This document shows positions 1 through 11,449 of a stretch of 64,000 bases of DNA, one piece after another; the first letter of the stretch is position 1, and each line of letters starts with the position of its first letter. Origin of the DNA: Marsupella aquatica. Taxonomy: Eukaryota > Plantae > Marchantiophyta. The position numbers were made by a program, and so were the translations under genes. The DNA lies in assembly GCA_973895155.1 (NCBI GenBank), contig OZ316896.1:11670830-11734829 (forward strand). The letters are read 5' to 3'. The notes beneath the pieces are model-generated. The model did not search any database, was not told where the DNA came from, and saw only the letters and a program-made list of their open reading frames with translations.

Positions 1-2750
1 GTAGTAATTACATCCATTTGATCTAACTCAAGATCATAGAATGCCACAATTGCAAGTAAAACACGGATAGTAGCGAGTTTGACAACTGGTGAGAAAATCT
101 CCGTGTAGTCCAAGCCCTCCTTCTGGGTGTACCCTTTGGCTACAAGGCGTGCCTTGTAAGTGCCATCCTGCTTCTTCTTGTACAACCATCTACACGGAAC
201 CAATGTCATCCCGCGAGGCATGTCCACTAAGCGCCAAGTTGAATTCTTCTTCAAAGAATTCATCTCCTTCAACATCGCCTCCATCCACTTATCCTTCTCT
301 GGAGAGGCCATAGCTTCTTCATAGCTAGAGGGGTCTCCATCTTTAGTGAGCAATATAACACCGGGATCGTCGTGCTCAACAACATGAACACGAGGATCTG
401 CAAAACCAAATCTATCAGGGGGTTGGCCAAGATTGGCCCTTGTGGATCGCCTCAATTGAGGTCCTGCACTTCTACCAGAGGGACTAGCAGCTTCCTCAAC
501 ACCATCAAGCTCCACCGTAGTGGGTTCCTCCACCTGCTCCTCCTGATCATTCCGGGTTCTTGACAACCATTCTTTGTCAAAAACAACATTTCTGCTCACA
601 ACTGCCTTGCAATCGACAGGATCCCACAATTTGTAGCCCTTCTGCCCCGGACTAAAGCCTAGAAAAATTCCTTTTCTTAGACGTGGGATCCAACTTAGAT
701 CTGTGTGTCTGCTCAATGTGAACATAGGCAGCACACCCAAAAACTTGGAGTCTAGAGTAATCAGCACGTCTCTTATACCACAACTCAAATGGAGTCTGCA
801 TCAACTTACTACTGTGCGGTGACAGGTTGTAAACATATGCAGCTTGGTTGACAGCTTCAGCCCAAAAATTATGGGGCAACTTGGACCTACATAGCATGTT
901 GCATGCTTTCTCCAATAATGTCCGATTCAACCGTTCTGCCACTCCATTCTACTGCGGGGTCTCCGGTACAGTGTAATGACGCTTGAGGCCAAGGTCCCGA
1001 CCAAATTGGTCAAACTCATTGGACTTATACTAGCCACCGTTATCTGACCGAACACACTTCAACTCCTTCTCAGTTTGTAGCTCCACCATGGCTTTCCACT
1101 CCTTGAAGATCTCAAATACTTGAGACTTCTCCTTCATGTAGTACAGCCAACACATTCGAGAGTAATCATCTACAAACGTCACAAAATATCTGGCTCCACC
1201 AACGACGGCTCTGGTGCTAGACCCCAAACATCCGAATGTACATACTCAAGAATCTCATGAGAATGGTAGGAACTAGAACTGAAACTCACTCTCCTCTGCT
1301 TGCCGTAGATGCAATCTTCACAGAAAGAAAGTTTTCCAGATTGTGCGCCTTGCAGCAAATCTCTGTTTGCCAAGGCTGCCAATCCTTTACCACTCAAGTG
1401 CCCCAATCGTGCATGCCATAAATCTATGGCCTGTGTGCGACCAGATGTTGATGGTGCTTCAATTGAAGCAACCGACGATGCCACTGCATCCAAACGTTCC
1501 ACCACAGAATCCACATGCTCCACTCTAGGAGCAATCACATCTCCTTGCAAGATGTACAAATTATTCTGCCGTAGCGCCTTAATCAAAGTTGCCTCACCTT
1601 TGACAACAAAGAGCGCACCATCACGTGCAGTGAAATGATATCCACCAGCTTCCAAAGCACCAAGAGAAATCAAGTTCTTAGAGATGTCTGGTATGTGTCT
1701 GACTTCCGTCAATGCTCGCACAACACCATCAAACATCCAGAATTTGATAGTCCACATGCCAACAATCTCACATCGGACCCCGTTGCCGATTTCCACGCTA
1801 CCAGTACACGGTTGGTAAGTAGAGAAATAAGATCGCATTGGACACACGTGATAAGAAGAACCCGAATCCAACATCCATTAATTGTCATACATAGAATTAA
1901 TAGCACCAATACATAGCACTTCAGCACCATCCTCATGATCAACAATCACTATGCCAGCTGAAGATGAAGATGCACCATCAGAAGTAGGACGCTTCTGCCT
2001 GGTCAAAGAAGGGCAAGACCACTTGGTGTGGCCCTTCTCGTGGCAATGCCAACACTGAACCTTCTTACTACGGGACTTAGATCTGTTCTGAGATCTAGAT
2101 CTAGATTGATCCGTAGTACGCTCAGTTGATCTACCTCTAACCATTAAGGCAGCAGACTCATCATCACGGGAAGATAGATGTCGCTTGCTCCATTCTGCAA
2201 GAATAGTAGCCTTCACCGCATCCAACTTCAACGTAGGCTTGTCATGCGTGATGACCGTTACCAACGTTGAAAAGCTCTTCGGAAGTGACATCAACAAATG
2301 CATTGCAAGGTACTCATCGGTCAACTTATCTCCCGCCGTGGTCATCTCGTGCACAATCTCATCAAAGAGACTAAGATGATCACGCATGTTTCCACCATCC
2401 TGCAACTTCAACCTGAATAGTCGCTCCAACTGGTAAATGCGAGTAGTCAATGAAGTACTTTGGTATAGCTGAGTAAGCGTATCCCAAATCTTCTTGGCGT
2501 TGCAATCCATTCCCAACACGTTCTTGAGAATGTTGTTTGCTAAGAATAACTCAATTGTACTACACGCCTGCACCAACATGTCTTCCCACTCCTCATCTGT
2601 AAGAGTCAAGGGCTTCACTTCAGTGATGGTCTTCTCAAGACCCTGCTGGATCAACACGTTGGTCACCTTCTAAGTCCAGAGGCTAAAGCTGACCTTCCCA
2701 TCAAACTTTTCCACCACAAACTTTGGCGCCGCAAGCTTTCTTGAAGTCAT
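1..2750 (-). pseudogene. Copia gag-pol polyprotein with stops and frameshifts
   Basis: ATG at 2750 (MTSRKLAAPKFVVEKFDG...WT* stop). Gag CCHC knuckle CWHCHEKGHTKWSC; protease LDSGSSYHVC; pre-integrase WHARLGH...CEDC; integrase FVDDYSR, RSDNGG, AERLNRTLLE; RT start YKARLVAKGY near 110-330. Confidence 0.95.
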
Positions 2751-3379
2751 TGATGCTGACACAAACACACAGGAAACACAAGTACCGAAATACCTCTACA
2801 CACAATCACCAAAAATTGAAAGTTGGCAAAAGTGGAATTGTAATGCACCACCGCGTAGCCTGCAAGGTACACTACCAATATCTGAAAATGATTTGGCAAA
2901 AAACTGCTTCTGAAAAAAGTTATCCAGAAAAAAGTTTTTTTTTCTCCTCCTTGAAGCTACCGCGAAACGGTGTTCCCTGGGTCCCTATTTTTTCCCCACC
3001 GCAAAGCTGCCGCGAAACGGTGTTCGGTGGGTCAATGTTTTTTCTTCACCGCCAAGTTGTCGCGGAACGGTGTTCCGTGGGTACTGTTTTTTTCCCACCA
3101 ACGAACCGCAATGAAACAGTGTTCTGTGGGAGACTGGCTCACCACCACTGAGCTGCGTGTGACGGGGTCCCCGTCACATAAAGTCACCGTTAGGTGTTAT
3201 TGGCATGATGCATGTAAATAAATAAGCCAAGATATACAAGTTTTTTTTAATTCTTTATTTTCTTAAAAGTTACATGGCCCGGTGGGTGTTCATGTGGCTT
3301 TGGGGGGGCAGGAGCTATTTGAACCCGGGAGGAACTAATTTTTTAATTGACCCTTTGCTCTCTTGGGTCTTGTGGGAGA

Positions 3380-3800
3380 ACAAGGCGAGGGTACAGGGGG
3401 TACCAAGCCGGGGGGTACCTTGACCTCCATTGAGGAGGCAGGGGGTACCGGGGGTACCACGAGCCAAGCCAGGGGGTACCGAGAGCCGGGAGGACAGGAG
3501 GGTACCGAGAGCGAGGGTACCGTGAGCCAAAGGGGGTACCATGGGCAGGAGCCGAGGGTACCAAGGGTACCATGGCCCGGGGGTACCGAGGCAAGAGGGA
3601 AGCTGGAGGGCAGGAGCCGAGGGTACAGGGGGTACCAAGCCGGGGGGTACCTTGACCTCCATTGAGGAGGCAGGGGGTACCGGGGGTACCATGAGCCAAG
3701 CCAGGGGTACCAAGAGCCGGGAGGACAGGAGGGTACCGAGAGCAAGGGTACCGCATGCCAAAGGGGGTACCAAGGAGGGTACCGAGGGTACCAAGAGCCG
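3380..3800. repeat. GC-rich GGGTACC-containing repeat array with a ~235-bp internal duplication
   Basis: About 20 GGTACC sites; 3385-3560 is repeated at about 3619-3800. Confidence 0.85.
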
Positions 3801-4744
3801 GGAGGAGCCGGGGAGTTAGTGAGGCGCCAGCCAAGACGGCAGCCGGGGCGCAATCACATTAGGAAGGGCAAGGGGGCGCATGGGCTGCCGAGGTGCATGA
3901 GTGGCCTAGGCGCATGAGGGGAGCCGGGGCGAGCTCCCTCCATAGGGAGGCGAGCCCTCCATAATGGGGCGCCATGGCAAGAGAAGCTGGGGTGATGCAG
4001 GGATGGATCGCGAGCCGGTGAGCCCGCAAGTGGCGATGCAGGGATGGGTCGCGAGCCGATGAGCCTGCGAGTGGGCGATGCGGGATGGGCGCGAGCCGGG
4101 AGGCGCACGGCAGCAGGTAGGGGAAGGAGTAAAGGGAGAAAAAAAAGGGGGGAGGGGTTAAACCCCCCAACAGGAGCGCGAGTGGGCGTGAGTAAGGGCA
4201 AGCCTCCATAGGGAGGCGAGCCACGAATTAGGGAGGTGAGCCTGGATGTAGCGCTACCAGGACCAAAAAGAGAAAAAAAAGGGAGTAGAGCCGGGAGTAT
4301 AAGGAGGAGGCTCGGGGTGGTTTCTATGTTGTTGTTTTTTCCCTCCCCTCTCTCTCCTACTTTGCCCATTGCCGAAAGCACTTTGCCTTGAGCAATTTCT
4401 CCCATTTGCTTTCTGAGCTCCCTCTTTCTCTCTTTCAACTCTTTTTTCTTTCCCAAGCTCTCTCTTGGGTGATTGTTAGAGCTTGGTGGTTATTGTTATT
4501 CGGACATCCGGGACGGGCAGTGGTTGACTCTTGGAAGGGAATTAAGAGTGGACTCCAGATCGTGGTATGGGGGCCAGGAATTGTATGGTGTGACGGGAAT
4601 TGTGGTGATAGTAGAATTTTTTTGGTGTGGATGTGTGATCCACCTGTGTTCAGTACACCCCGTATTCGTCGATACAAGGCTGCTTACCGGGATTACATTG
4701 CCACACGACTTAGGGAGGAGGGAGAGAAACGACGGTCAATAGCC

Positions 4745-6486
4745 ATGAGTGCCGGATCCGGAACGCCTAGCACTACGGTTGTACAGAAGGTTTTCCGTAG
4801 GGTATACCCCCGCACTTCTGCCAAGGTGATGGAGGAGGGCAAGGAGATTTTTCAGGCTACAGGGCTCACCAACTTCATGGGGGTAGAGATTATGATTCCC
4901 CCCGACAGGATTTGGGACATTGCGGCTGGATTGGAGTGCCGTACGGAGGGGATTTATTTTCATTGTAACAAGCAATTGATCCCCCACGTGGAGTTGGCCA
5001 AGCTCTTATTTCACACCAGCGGATACTTGGTTGGGGGCAATCAGGGTCGGTGAGTGGCGATCAGTTGGCTATTGCCAATGACATCAAAACTCACCCACGT
5101 CACACGTACGGATGGTGGTATTTCGGGATGAGGAAGTCATTGGCCCTGGATCCTAAGAGTGTGAAGACGGGAGGAGGCATGTACTTGATGGGGTCTTTCC
5201 TATTGGCCAGGCAGGAAGGGCTTCTCCCCTCACCGGGAATTGAAGGGGAAACGGTGCCACCATTCACCACGGAAATACGGAGGATAGCCACCACCATATT
5301 AGGAAGCCTAGTGAAGGGGCCACCGTCTGAGCCAATAGACCAACCTACTACAGAAGATGACCCAGATGACGATAGCGTTATGGAGTGGTTGGAGTCACTT
5401 GTGGGGAACCCAGAGGAGTCTCTAGATTACGATGTGCCCGAGGTGTACCTGGCCAAATTACGTGATTTTCGTGGTGGAGTGCATGAGGGGCTTAAGTTGT
5501 GCCGAACATTGAAGGAGGCTATCAGCCAAGCCCTGGCCAAGGTGGAAATGTTACAAGTAAGTAATCAGGCCTTAAAGGAGGTGGTCAAGGCAAAGGAGGT
5601 GGTGATTCAAGAGCAAGGGAGGTCGCTCAAGGAGTCACATGTTCAGGTTTTACAGTTGGAGGGAGCCTTATCTACTAAGGCTAAGGAGGCGCTGGAGGTG
5701 GGGGTTTTGAGAGATGAATTGTCCAAGCTCAAGCGGGACACTGGTGAGGTAGAGAGGCTCAAGAAGGAAGTTGTGGAGTTACGGGGTCAAGTTGGACTCC
5801 TTGAGATCAGGGCCAGGAGGAACGACACGTTGAGACTAGGGAAAAGGAAGAGCCCATCTCCCTCTAGCCCCACCCTCTCCCCAGAATTGATCTCAAAAGC
5901 CATTGAGATGGTGGTAAGAGAAGTAACTCAATGGTACGGACCAATGTTGGATGTGGCCAAGAGGGAGAAGGAGAAGAGTAAGATGTTGGAGAAACAGTTG
6001 CGGGAGACCCGTAAGTCATCACGGGAAACCCAAGCTAGTCACGGTGCCACCATATCAGCTAGTCACGGTGCCACCGTATCCGCTGGCCACGGTACCAACG
6101 TATCAACTGGTCATGCTACCACTATATCCACTAGTCACAGTGCCAACATTTCATCACCCTCATCGTTACCAGCGGAGGCTCCACCGAGTCAGGGAATCAC
6201 GTTGCCAGGGATGCCACCCCGATCCATAAACCCAGGGACTCCTCTGGCTACCGGCCAGGTCTTACCTTTGCAGTTGCAAGGAGGTGAAGAGGCTGCTTTG
6301 TGGAAGGACACCATTAGCCAGGGTTATGTGAAGGCTTGGCAAGCCTTGGCTGCATTGAGGAGGCGGAGCACTTCCGGTCGGACTCCCGCACGGACTGCCC
6401 CGATACGGCAGGTTAGGAGTGGTGCCTCCCCTTCTGGGGAAAGCGGTGGAGGTGAGGATTCCAGGGGTGGAGCCCTGGTTAAGTAA
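4745..6486 (+). CDS. Retroelement accessory coiled-coil protein; probably one gene with a frameshift near 5050
   Basis: ORFs 4745-5053 and 5050-6486 overlap by 4 nt. Long heptad-rich E/K/L segment and SHGAT repeats. N-terminal part loosely resembles the 1210-aa ORF at 44190-47822. Confidence 0.6.
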
Positions 6487-8040
6487 GTGAGTCCGGTGAA
6501 GAATAATGTAGGGCCTTGCTTTTCATGCACTACGAATTGGATGTTAGTACCGGCGAAGGCACCGTTGGTACTGTAGTGGGCTAGGGTTTTTCACAGCGTG
6601 TGTGTGCCGCACGCTTTAGGTTAGTTTATCTCTTAGATGTTTTTTTGGCGGCACCGCTAGGGTTGCCGCCGTTGTTGCCACTCCATGAGGGGTGCTTTGG
6701 TGTTTTTTTTGGTATTTAGGGAGGAGCCCCGTAGTGAGAAGGGGGGAACTCAGTCTAGCATTGGTGTTAGGGAAGTTAGCTCATAGCCAGAAGGGAAATT
6801 AGAGCCGGAGTAGTGAGGTAGAGGTGTAGCGCTTGCCCCAGTGAGACAGGAGTTGGGCAGACGGCAAGAGGCCGGGTTGTCCTTGCAATGTGTTACCACT
6901 TTTTGCCAAAAGATATGGATTTGGTTTGATTCCTCAAGTTTTGGTGTGGCGTTATCTTTTTTGGCTCACGATTGTGTTCTTTCCCAAGAAGTGTCTAAGG
7001 AATACTTGCACGGTTTGGTCGACCATGTGAGTAGGAGGGGTGGTGACAGCACTCCACCAACGACCAGTAGGAGTGTGTGCGTGGCGTAGTCCATGGGACT
7101 TGATCAAAAGCAGAGGGACTAGTCGGTAGACTTGATCAAAAATTACGCTTCCGGGAGCGAAATCAAACATACTCATCCTTAGGTGTGGAAAATCCTCCAA
7201 ATAGCGTCCCTCCACGACCCCGTAATACGATACCAACGGTTTAAGCGAAGAAAAGTATGGTTTGCACGTATTAATTTTGGATAGGCAAGTGACATTACGA
7301 CAGAACAATGTTCCACGAGAGACTATCTCACCACCATTGAGCTGCGACGGAACAGTGTTCCGCGGGTGAAATTTCTCACCACCACTCTGAACAAGCGCTA
7401 AACGCGGCGTGATTTTTGGACAAAATCACTGTTCACTTGTCATTTTCTGTTTGCCCTAAGTAACAACCACACCTCACCACTACAGTGCCCGACGGCTGCA
7501 TACTCCACTTGTACTCCACCACACAAATTGTCGGCGTCGCCGCAAATTGTTGCGCAACGCGACCCAAGAGGTGAACAAAGAAAAAATTGAGAAAAATCAC
7601 GAAGAAAAAAAAAAGAACATCGACATTTTCCCGAGAAAACATCAACCCAAGACCCCGTAAGAGATCAAGCCGAGCACAAAGACTCCATAGCCAAAGAGAT
7701 TAGGCTACAAACAGCAAAATATAAAACGATATTGCTCAGCACTCGCCGAATGAAACGCTGTGAAAATTTCACCCCCAAGACGAAGTGCTCGCCGATGCGC
7801 ACAATGAAACGTGAGACTGTCTGCCTGACAATACATTCAGAAAGACAGAGAGACACATCCGACACTTCTGATGTGAAGTTTCAGTCGAGAAACCGTCACT
7901 CCTTCTGAACGCGAAACCTCCAGCACACAACGACCAATGACACTCTCACACAAATTGTTGAGAACAATCTGATCCATCACCACGATTCAACACAAAGAAT
8001 ACTCTCACCACTGTCCAGGCAACCGAACGTCGAACACAAA

Positions 8041-8052
8041 GCTCTGATACCA
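8041..8052 (-). other. Primer binding site complementary to tRNA-iMet
   Basis: Minus strand reads TGGTATCAGAGC. Confidence 0.9.
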
Positions 8053-8054
8053 CT

Positions 8055-8219
8055 TCTAGGAAAATTGTCAGCTCCAGACAAGACAGCAATGCGGAACCCC
8101 AAGGGGGACTAAGATGTGTGGGCCTAAATAAGTGGATCTTATCCTAAATTAACCAAGGGTCAATTAACCCTAGTAAGGCCAAACTAAATATAGTCGGGAA
8201 CTTGAGTCAATTCCTAACA
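8055..8219 (-). repeat. Putative (possibly deleted) 5' LTR of the copia element
   Basis: Adjacent to the PBS. Ends TCTAGGAA...TTCCTAACA form an imperfect inverted pair. Right end resembles that of the solo LTR at 33345 (cttgagt...cctaaca). Confidence 0.5.
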
Positions 8220-9957
8220 GATAGAAATGTTTTCTGTGACGTGTTTGTGATGGTTTTTTTCCCAACAATTAGTGTTGGAAGATTTCACGGAGTTCCGCGC
8301 ATGGAACTAGGATGTGTTGGGCTAAACAGATAGATTGGGGCAAAGGCTTTATAGCGGTGCAAAGAAGTCCCTCAACGGAGTTCATGGTGCAGAGGAATTG
8401 AAGTTTCCGTCGTTCTGGATTTTTTGTGAAAAGAGATTCGTGTTCAACGGTTTCTTTGACAGAGGAGGGACTTGAGATCGTTTACTCAACGGTGTGAGCT
8501 TTTTGGAGCGTGAAGCATTGCATGCTATAGCTCAAATCGTAGATTAGGCAAAGCTAGTCGTTTTGGTATCTTGTTTGTTGTCGAGGGTGAACCGAGTGCT
8601 ACACAACGAGCAAAAGAGACGTTTCTGGTTTTTTGATGGCTACGGAGACATAGCCTTGGCTGAAGCGGGTTTCTCGACATCACACTCAGCTCCGGGGGAG
8701 AAACACGAAGTGCTAAGGCTCAACAGAGAGATCGCGACAAGGTGGTTGTTTTGAGTCCGAGATTGGCACTTGAAGCGAAGGAATCAAGATGCAGTGGAAG
8801 TATTTATAGTGTTGGAGTGCAGGCGGCGCCGACACAATTCGGCAACATTTCCCGTTGGCAAGTAAACTTTTTCTGGTGTAAAGCGGCAACAGCATTGTGA
8901 GTAACCTGAAAAGTTTTTTTTGGTGCAGATTTTGGCTTAGAATAGGGCCGTTTTAGTGTGTATACACCTTGACCCCGACCCCTCATACCCCCACACCCCG
9001 CTCATACCCCCTCCCTCCACGTACGCCGGACCTCCCCCGTCCCCGACTCAACCTTGCAGCCGGCACAAAATGCCCTGCCCTGCCCTAGCCAGCCCTTGCC
9101 CTCCCTTTGCACCCCGTAACGGCCGGCAATTGCCTCCGGCAGTTGCAAAGTCCTCTTGCCCCAGTCCTTGCCTTTTCACGGCAGTACGCTTCTCCCGTCC
9201 TTGACCCCAGCCTGGTGTGCGAGATTTACGCCGTATTTTTGTGTTAAGGGGCTTAAAACCCCCTATAGGGCCTGATTTTAATTTTTCCTCCCTCCTCCTA
9301 TTGGTTGACCTTTTGCCGGCACGTGCCATGCCCAACTTTAACCGCTCTAATAGGGAGAACAGCCCCTTGTAAGTCCTGCTTGACTGTGCAAGAATATTCC
9401 TGAAAAAACAGAGAGCGTGTTTTCGGCCGTTCATAAAAGATTCCGCCTGTGAAATGATAACTTTTTTGGTTTGTCTTCGGGGAGTTGGTAGCCACCGGAG
9501 TTGGCAACGTGGTGTACTGATTGAATTACAGTTCCGACATTGGGGTGTTGCTCGGATTTTGATTATTCCCCGAGGTGGTCAAAACGGGGGAGAATTTTTG
9601 AGTTTTACCCACCCTGACCGAAACGTGAAAAAGTTTTTCATCCCCATTTTTGTCGGAACTCGATCAGTTTCGATTTTGGAATTCAGCATTGGTTTGCTAG
9701 GCTGGTGGGCTACGTGGCGGTGACAAGTTTCAAGTTTTTTGAGAAGTTGCAAAAATTTACGTTTTTTCATGATTTTGAGTTGAGTCACCGGTACAGACGG
9801 AGAGGGAAAGCGACAAAGGGATAGAAGAGGGGTTGCGGCACTAAAGATGGGTTCTTTGAAGCTTTGAAGGTCCTAGGGGTGTACATACAATGGTTCCATC
9901 AAAAGTTACTAGTGCAAAATATGAGGTGGAGAAGTTTACCGGCCACAATAATTTCAC

Positions 9958-10874
9958 GATAACCACTGCCCCACCACAGTCCTCCAAGAAAAAAATGGTG
10001 AATCCAGGTTACTAAAATAAGCCAGGATGGACCTACTTGTTTGCCAAAATGCTCGGATATACTTTTGTAACTCAAACTGAATCCAGCCAAAACCCCTTGA
10101 AGACCTTTCATATGAACAGCTTTTTACTAAGCTGTCCCCCTAACTGTCCCAATTTAGTATCCTGTCCCCCAAATAATTTTATTTACCACTATGCCCCCCA
10201 ATTCCATATCTGGGTTAGTATGCAGCGTATACTGGCTTAACAGTGCCATGTGGAAAGGCGTGAGTGGCTGTGGGTGAAACCGCCTTGACTTGCCCCTTGT
10301 CCCCATCCTTTCCCATGGCGGGCCATTGTTGCAGGCCCGGGAAGAGCCAAAATGGCCAGCCCAAGTGTCAAGGCCCGGGAAGAGCCAAAGCCACCCGACT
10401 TTGCACTCACCAAGTACTCAGGTTTGGGAGGAGCAGCCCCCTCCCCCCCCCCCCCCCCCCGACTTTCCCCTCATCAAGTACTGAGGCCCGAATTCCCTGT
10501 CATGAATAGTGAGGCCCACTAGGACGGCCTGACCTTTGCCCCTGTTTTGCTCACAGAAATGCAGCCCACTCACGCCTTGCCATGTGGCATTGTTAAGCCA
10601 GTGTTCGCTGTATACTAACCCAGACACAGAATGGGGGGCATAGTGGTAAATAAAATTGTTTGGGGGACAGGATACTAAATTAGGACAGTTAGGGGGACAG
10701 CTTAGTAAAAAGCTGTTCATATGAAAGGTCTTCAAGGGGTTTTGGCTGGATTCAGTTTGGGTTACAAAAGTATATCCGAGCATTTTGGCAAACAAGTAGG
10801 TCCATCCTGGCTTATTTTAGTAACCTGGATTCACCACTTTTTGCTTGGAGGACTCTGGTGGGGCAGTGTTTATC
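9958..10874. repeat. Long inverted repeat (foldback), arms ~310 bp, spacer ~290 bp with a poly-C run
   Basis: 9958-10270 is the reverse complement of about 10562-10874; the same spurious ORF (MFAKMLGYTFVTQ...) appears on both strands. Confidence 0.9.
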
Positions 10875-11449
10875 TAAACCTGGGTCTGGCCAAGGGTTTG
10901 ATATAAAAGGTCTCCAAGGGGTTTTGGCTACAGTAAATTCAGTTTGGGGTTACAAAAGTCTATCAGAGCATTTTGGCAAACGAGGAGGTCTATCCGGGCT
11001 TAAACGTACCTGGGTCTGGCCAAGGGTTTATGAATATAACAGGTCGTCAAGTTCGAGCAGCTGGATCTTCACTGATACACTCTATCGTGCGTTGGTTCGA
11101 GACTGCTTTCGATGTTCCGAGTCCCGAAGTTCCTCAATTGCTGGCAGTGGTGTTTCACAACCTGGCTTCTGAGTTGTCTGGACGTCGAGCCGGCTGACTT
11201 CCACCACCTTGCCCTTCTTGATGTGATTCTTTCTGTACCGCCCTACATTTCATTTTGCGATTCGGATCCATTCACTTCAGTTAATATGATCTCCATCCTC
11301 TGATTGATCGAATTCTCGTCGTGCACTTTTCCTTTGATAAGATACCATCAGGGAAGTCTGCGTCCAGTAATTCTGCTACATAATCAAGGTAACGGTGATT
11401 GAAGATTGATTTCTAGCTTAGAGAGCTCCACAAAGTCGAGCTTGGATCG

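Larger units (their letters stand above)
3158..7294 (+). mobile_element. 4.1-kb TG...CA insertion, probable large solo LTR carrying an ORF
   Basis: Starts TGTGAC, ends GTGACA. Flanks CTGCG (3153-3157) and TTACG (7295-7299) fit a TSD with two transitions. Removing it restores the copia leader repeat gagctgcg|acagaacaatgttcc. Confidence 0.7.
1..8219 (-). mobile_element. Degenerate Ty1/copia LTR retrotransposon (5' part; runs off the left edge), interrupted by a nested 4.1-kb insertion at 3158-7294
   Basis: Minus-strand gag, protease, integrase, RT order. tRNA-iMet PBS at 8041-8052. Putative short LTR at 8055-8219. Tandem 'gcgaaacggtgttcc' repeats in the leader on both sides of the nested insertion. 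Confidence 0.9.

Noticed and set aside
3315-4456. Several overlapping Pro/Gly-rich ORFs
   Set aside because: By-products of the GC-rich GGTACC repeat array; no domain signal.
8220-9950. Possible further TE fragments or gene
   Set aside because: No recognisable protein motif, termini or TSD.
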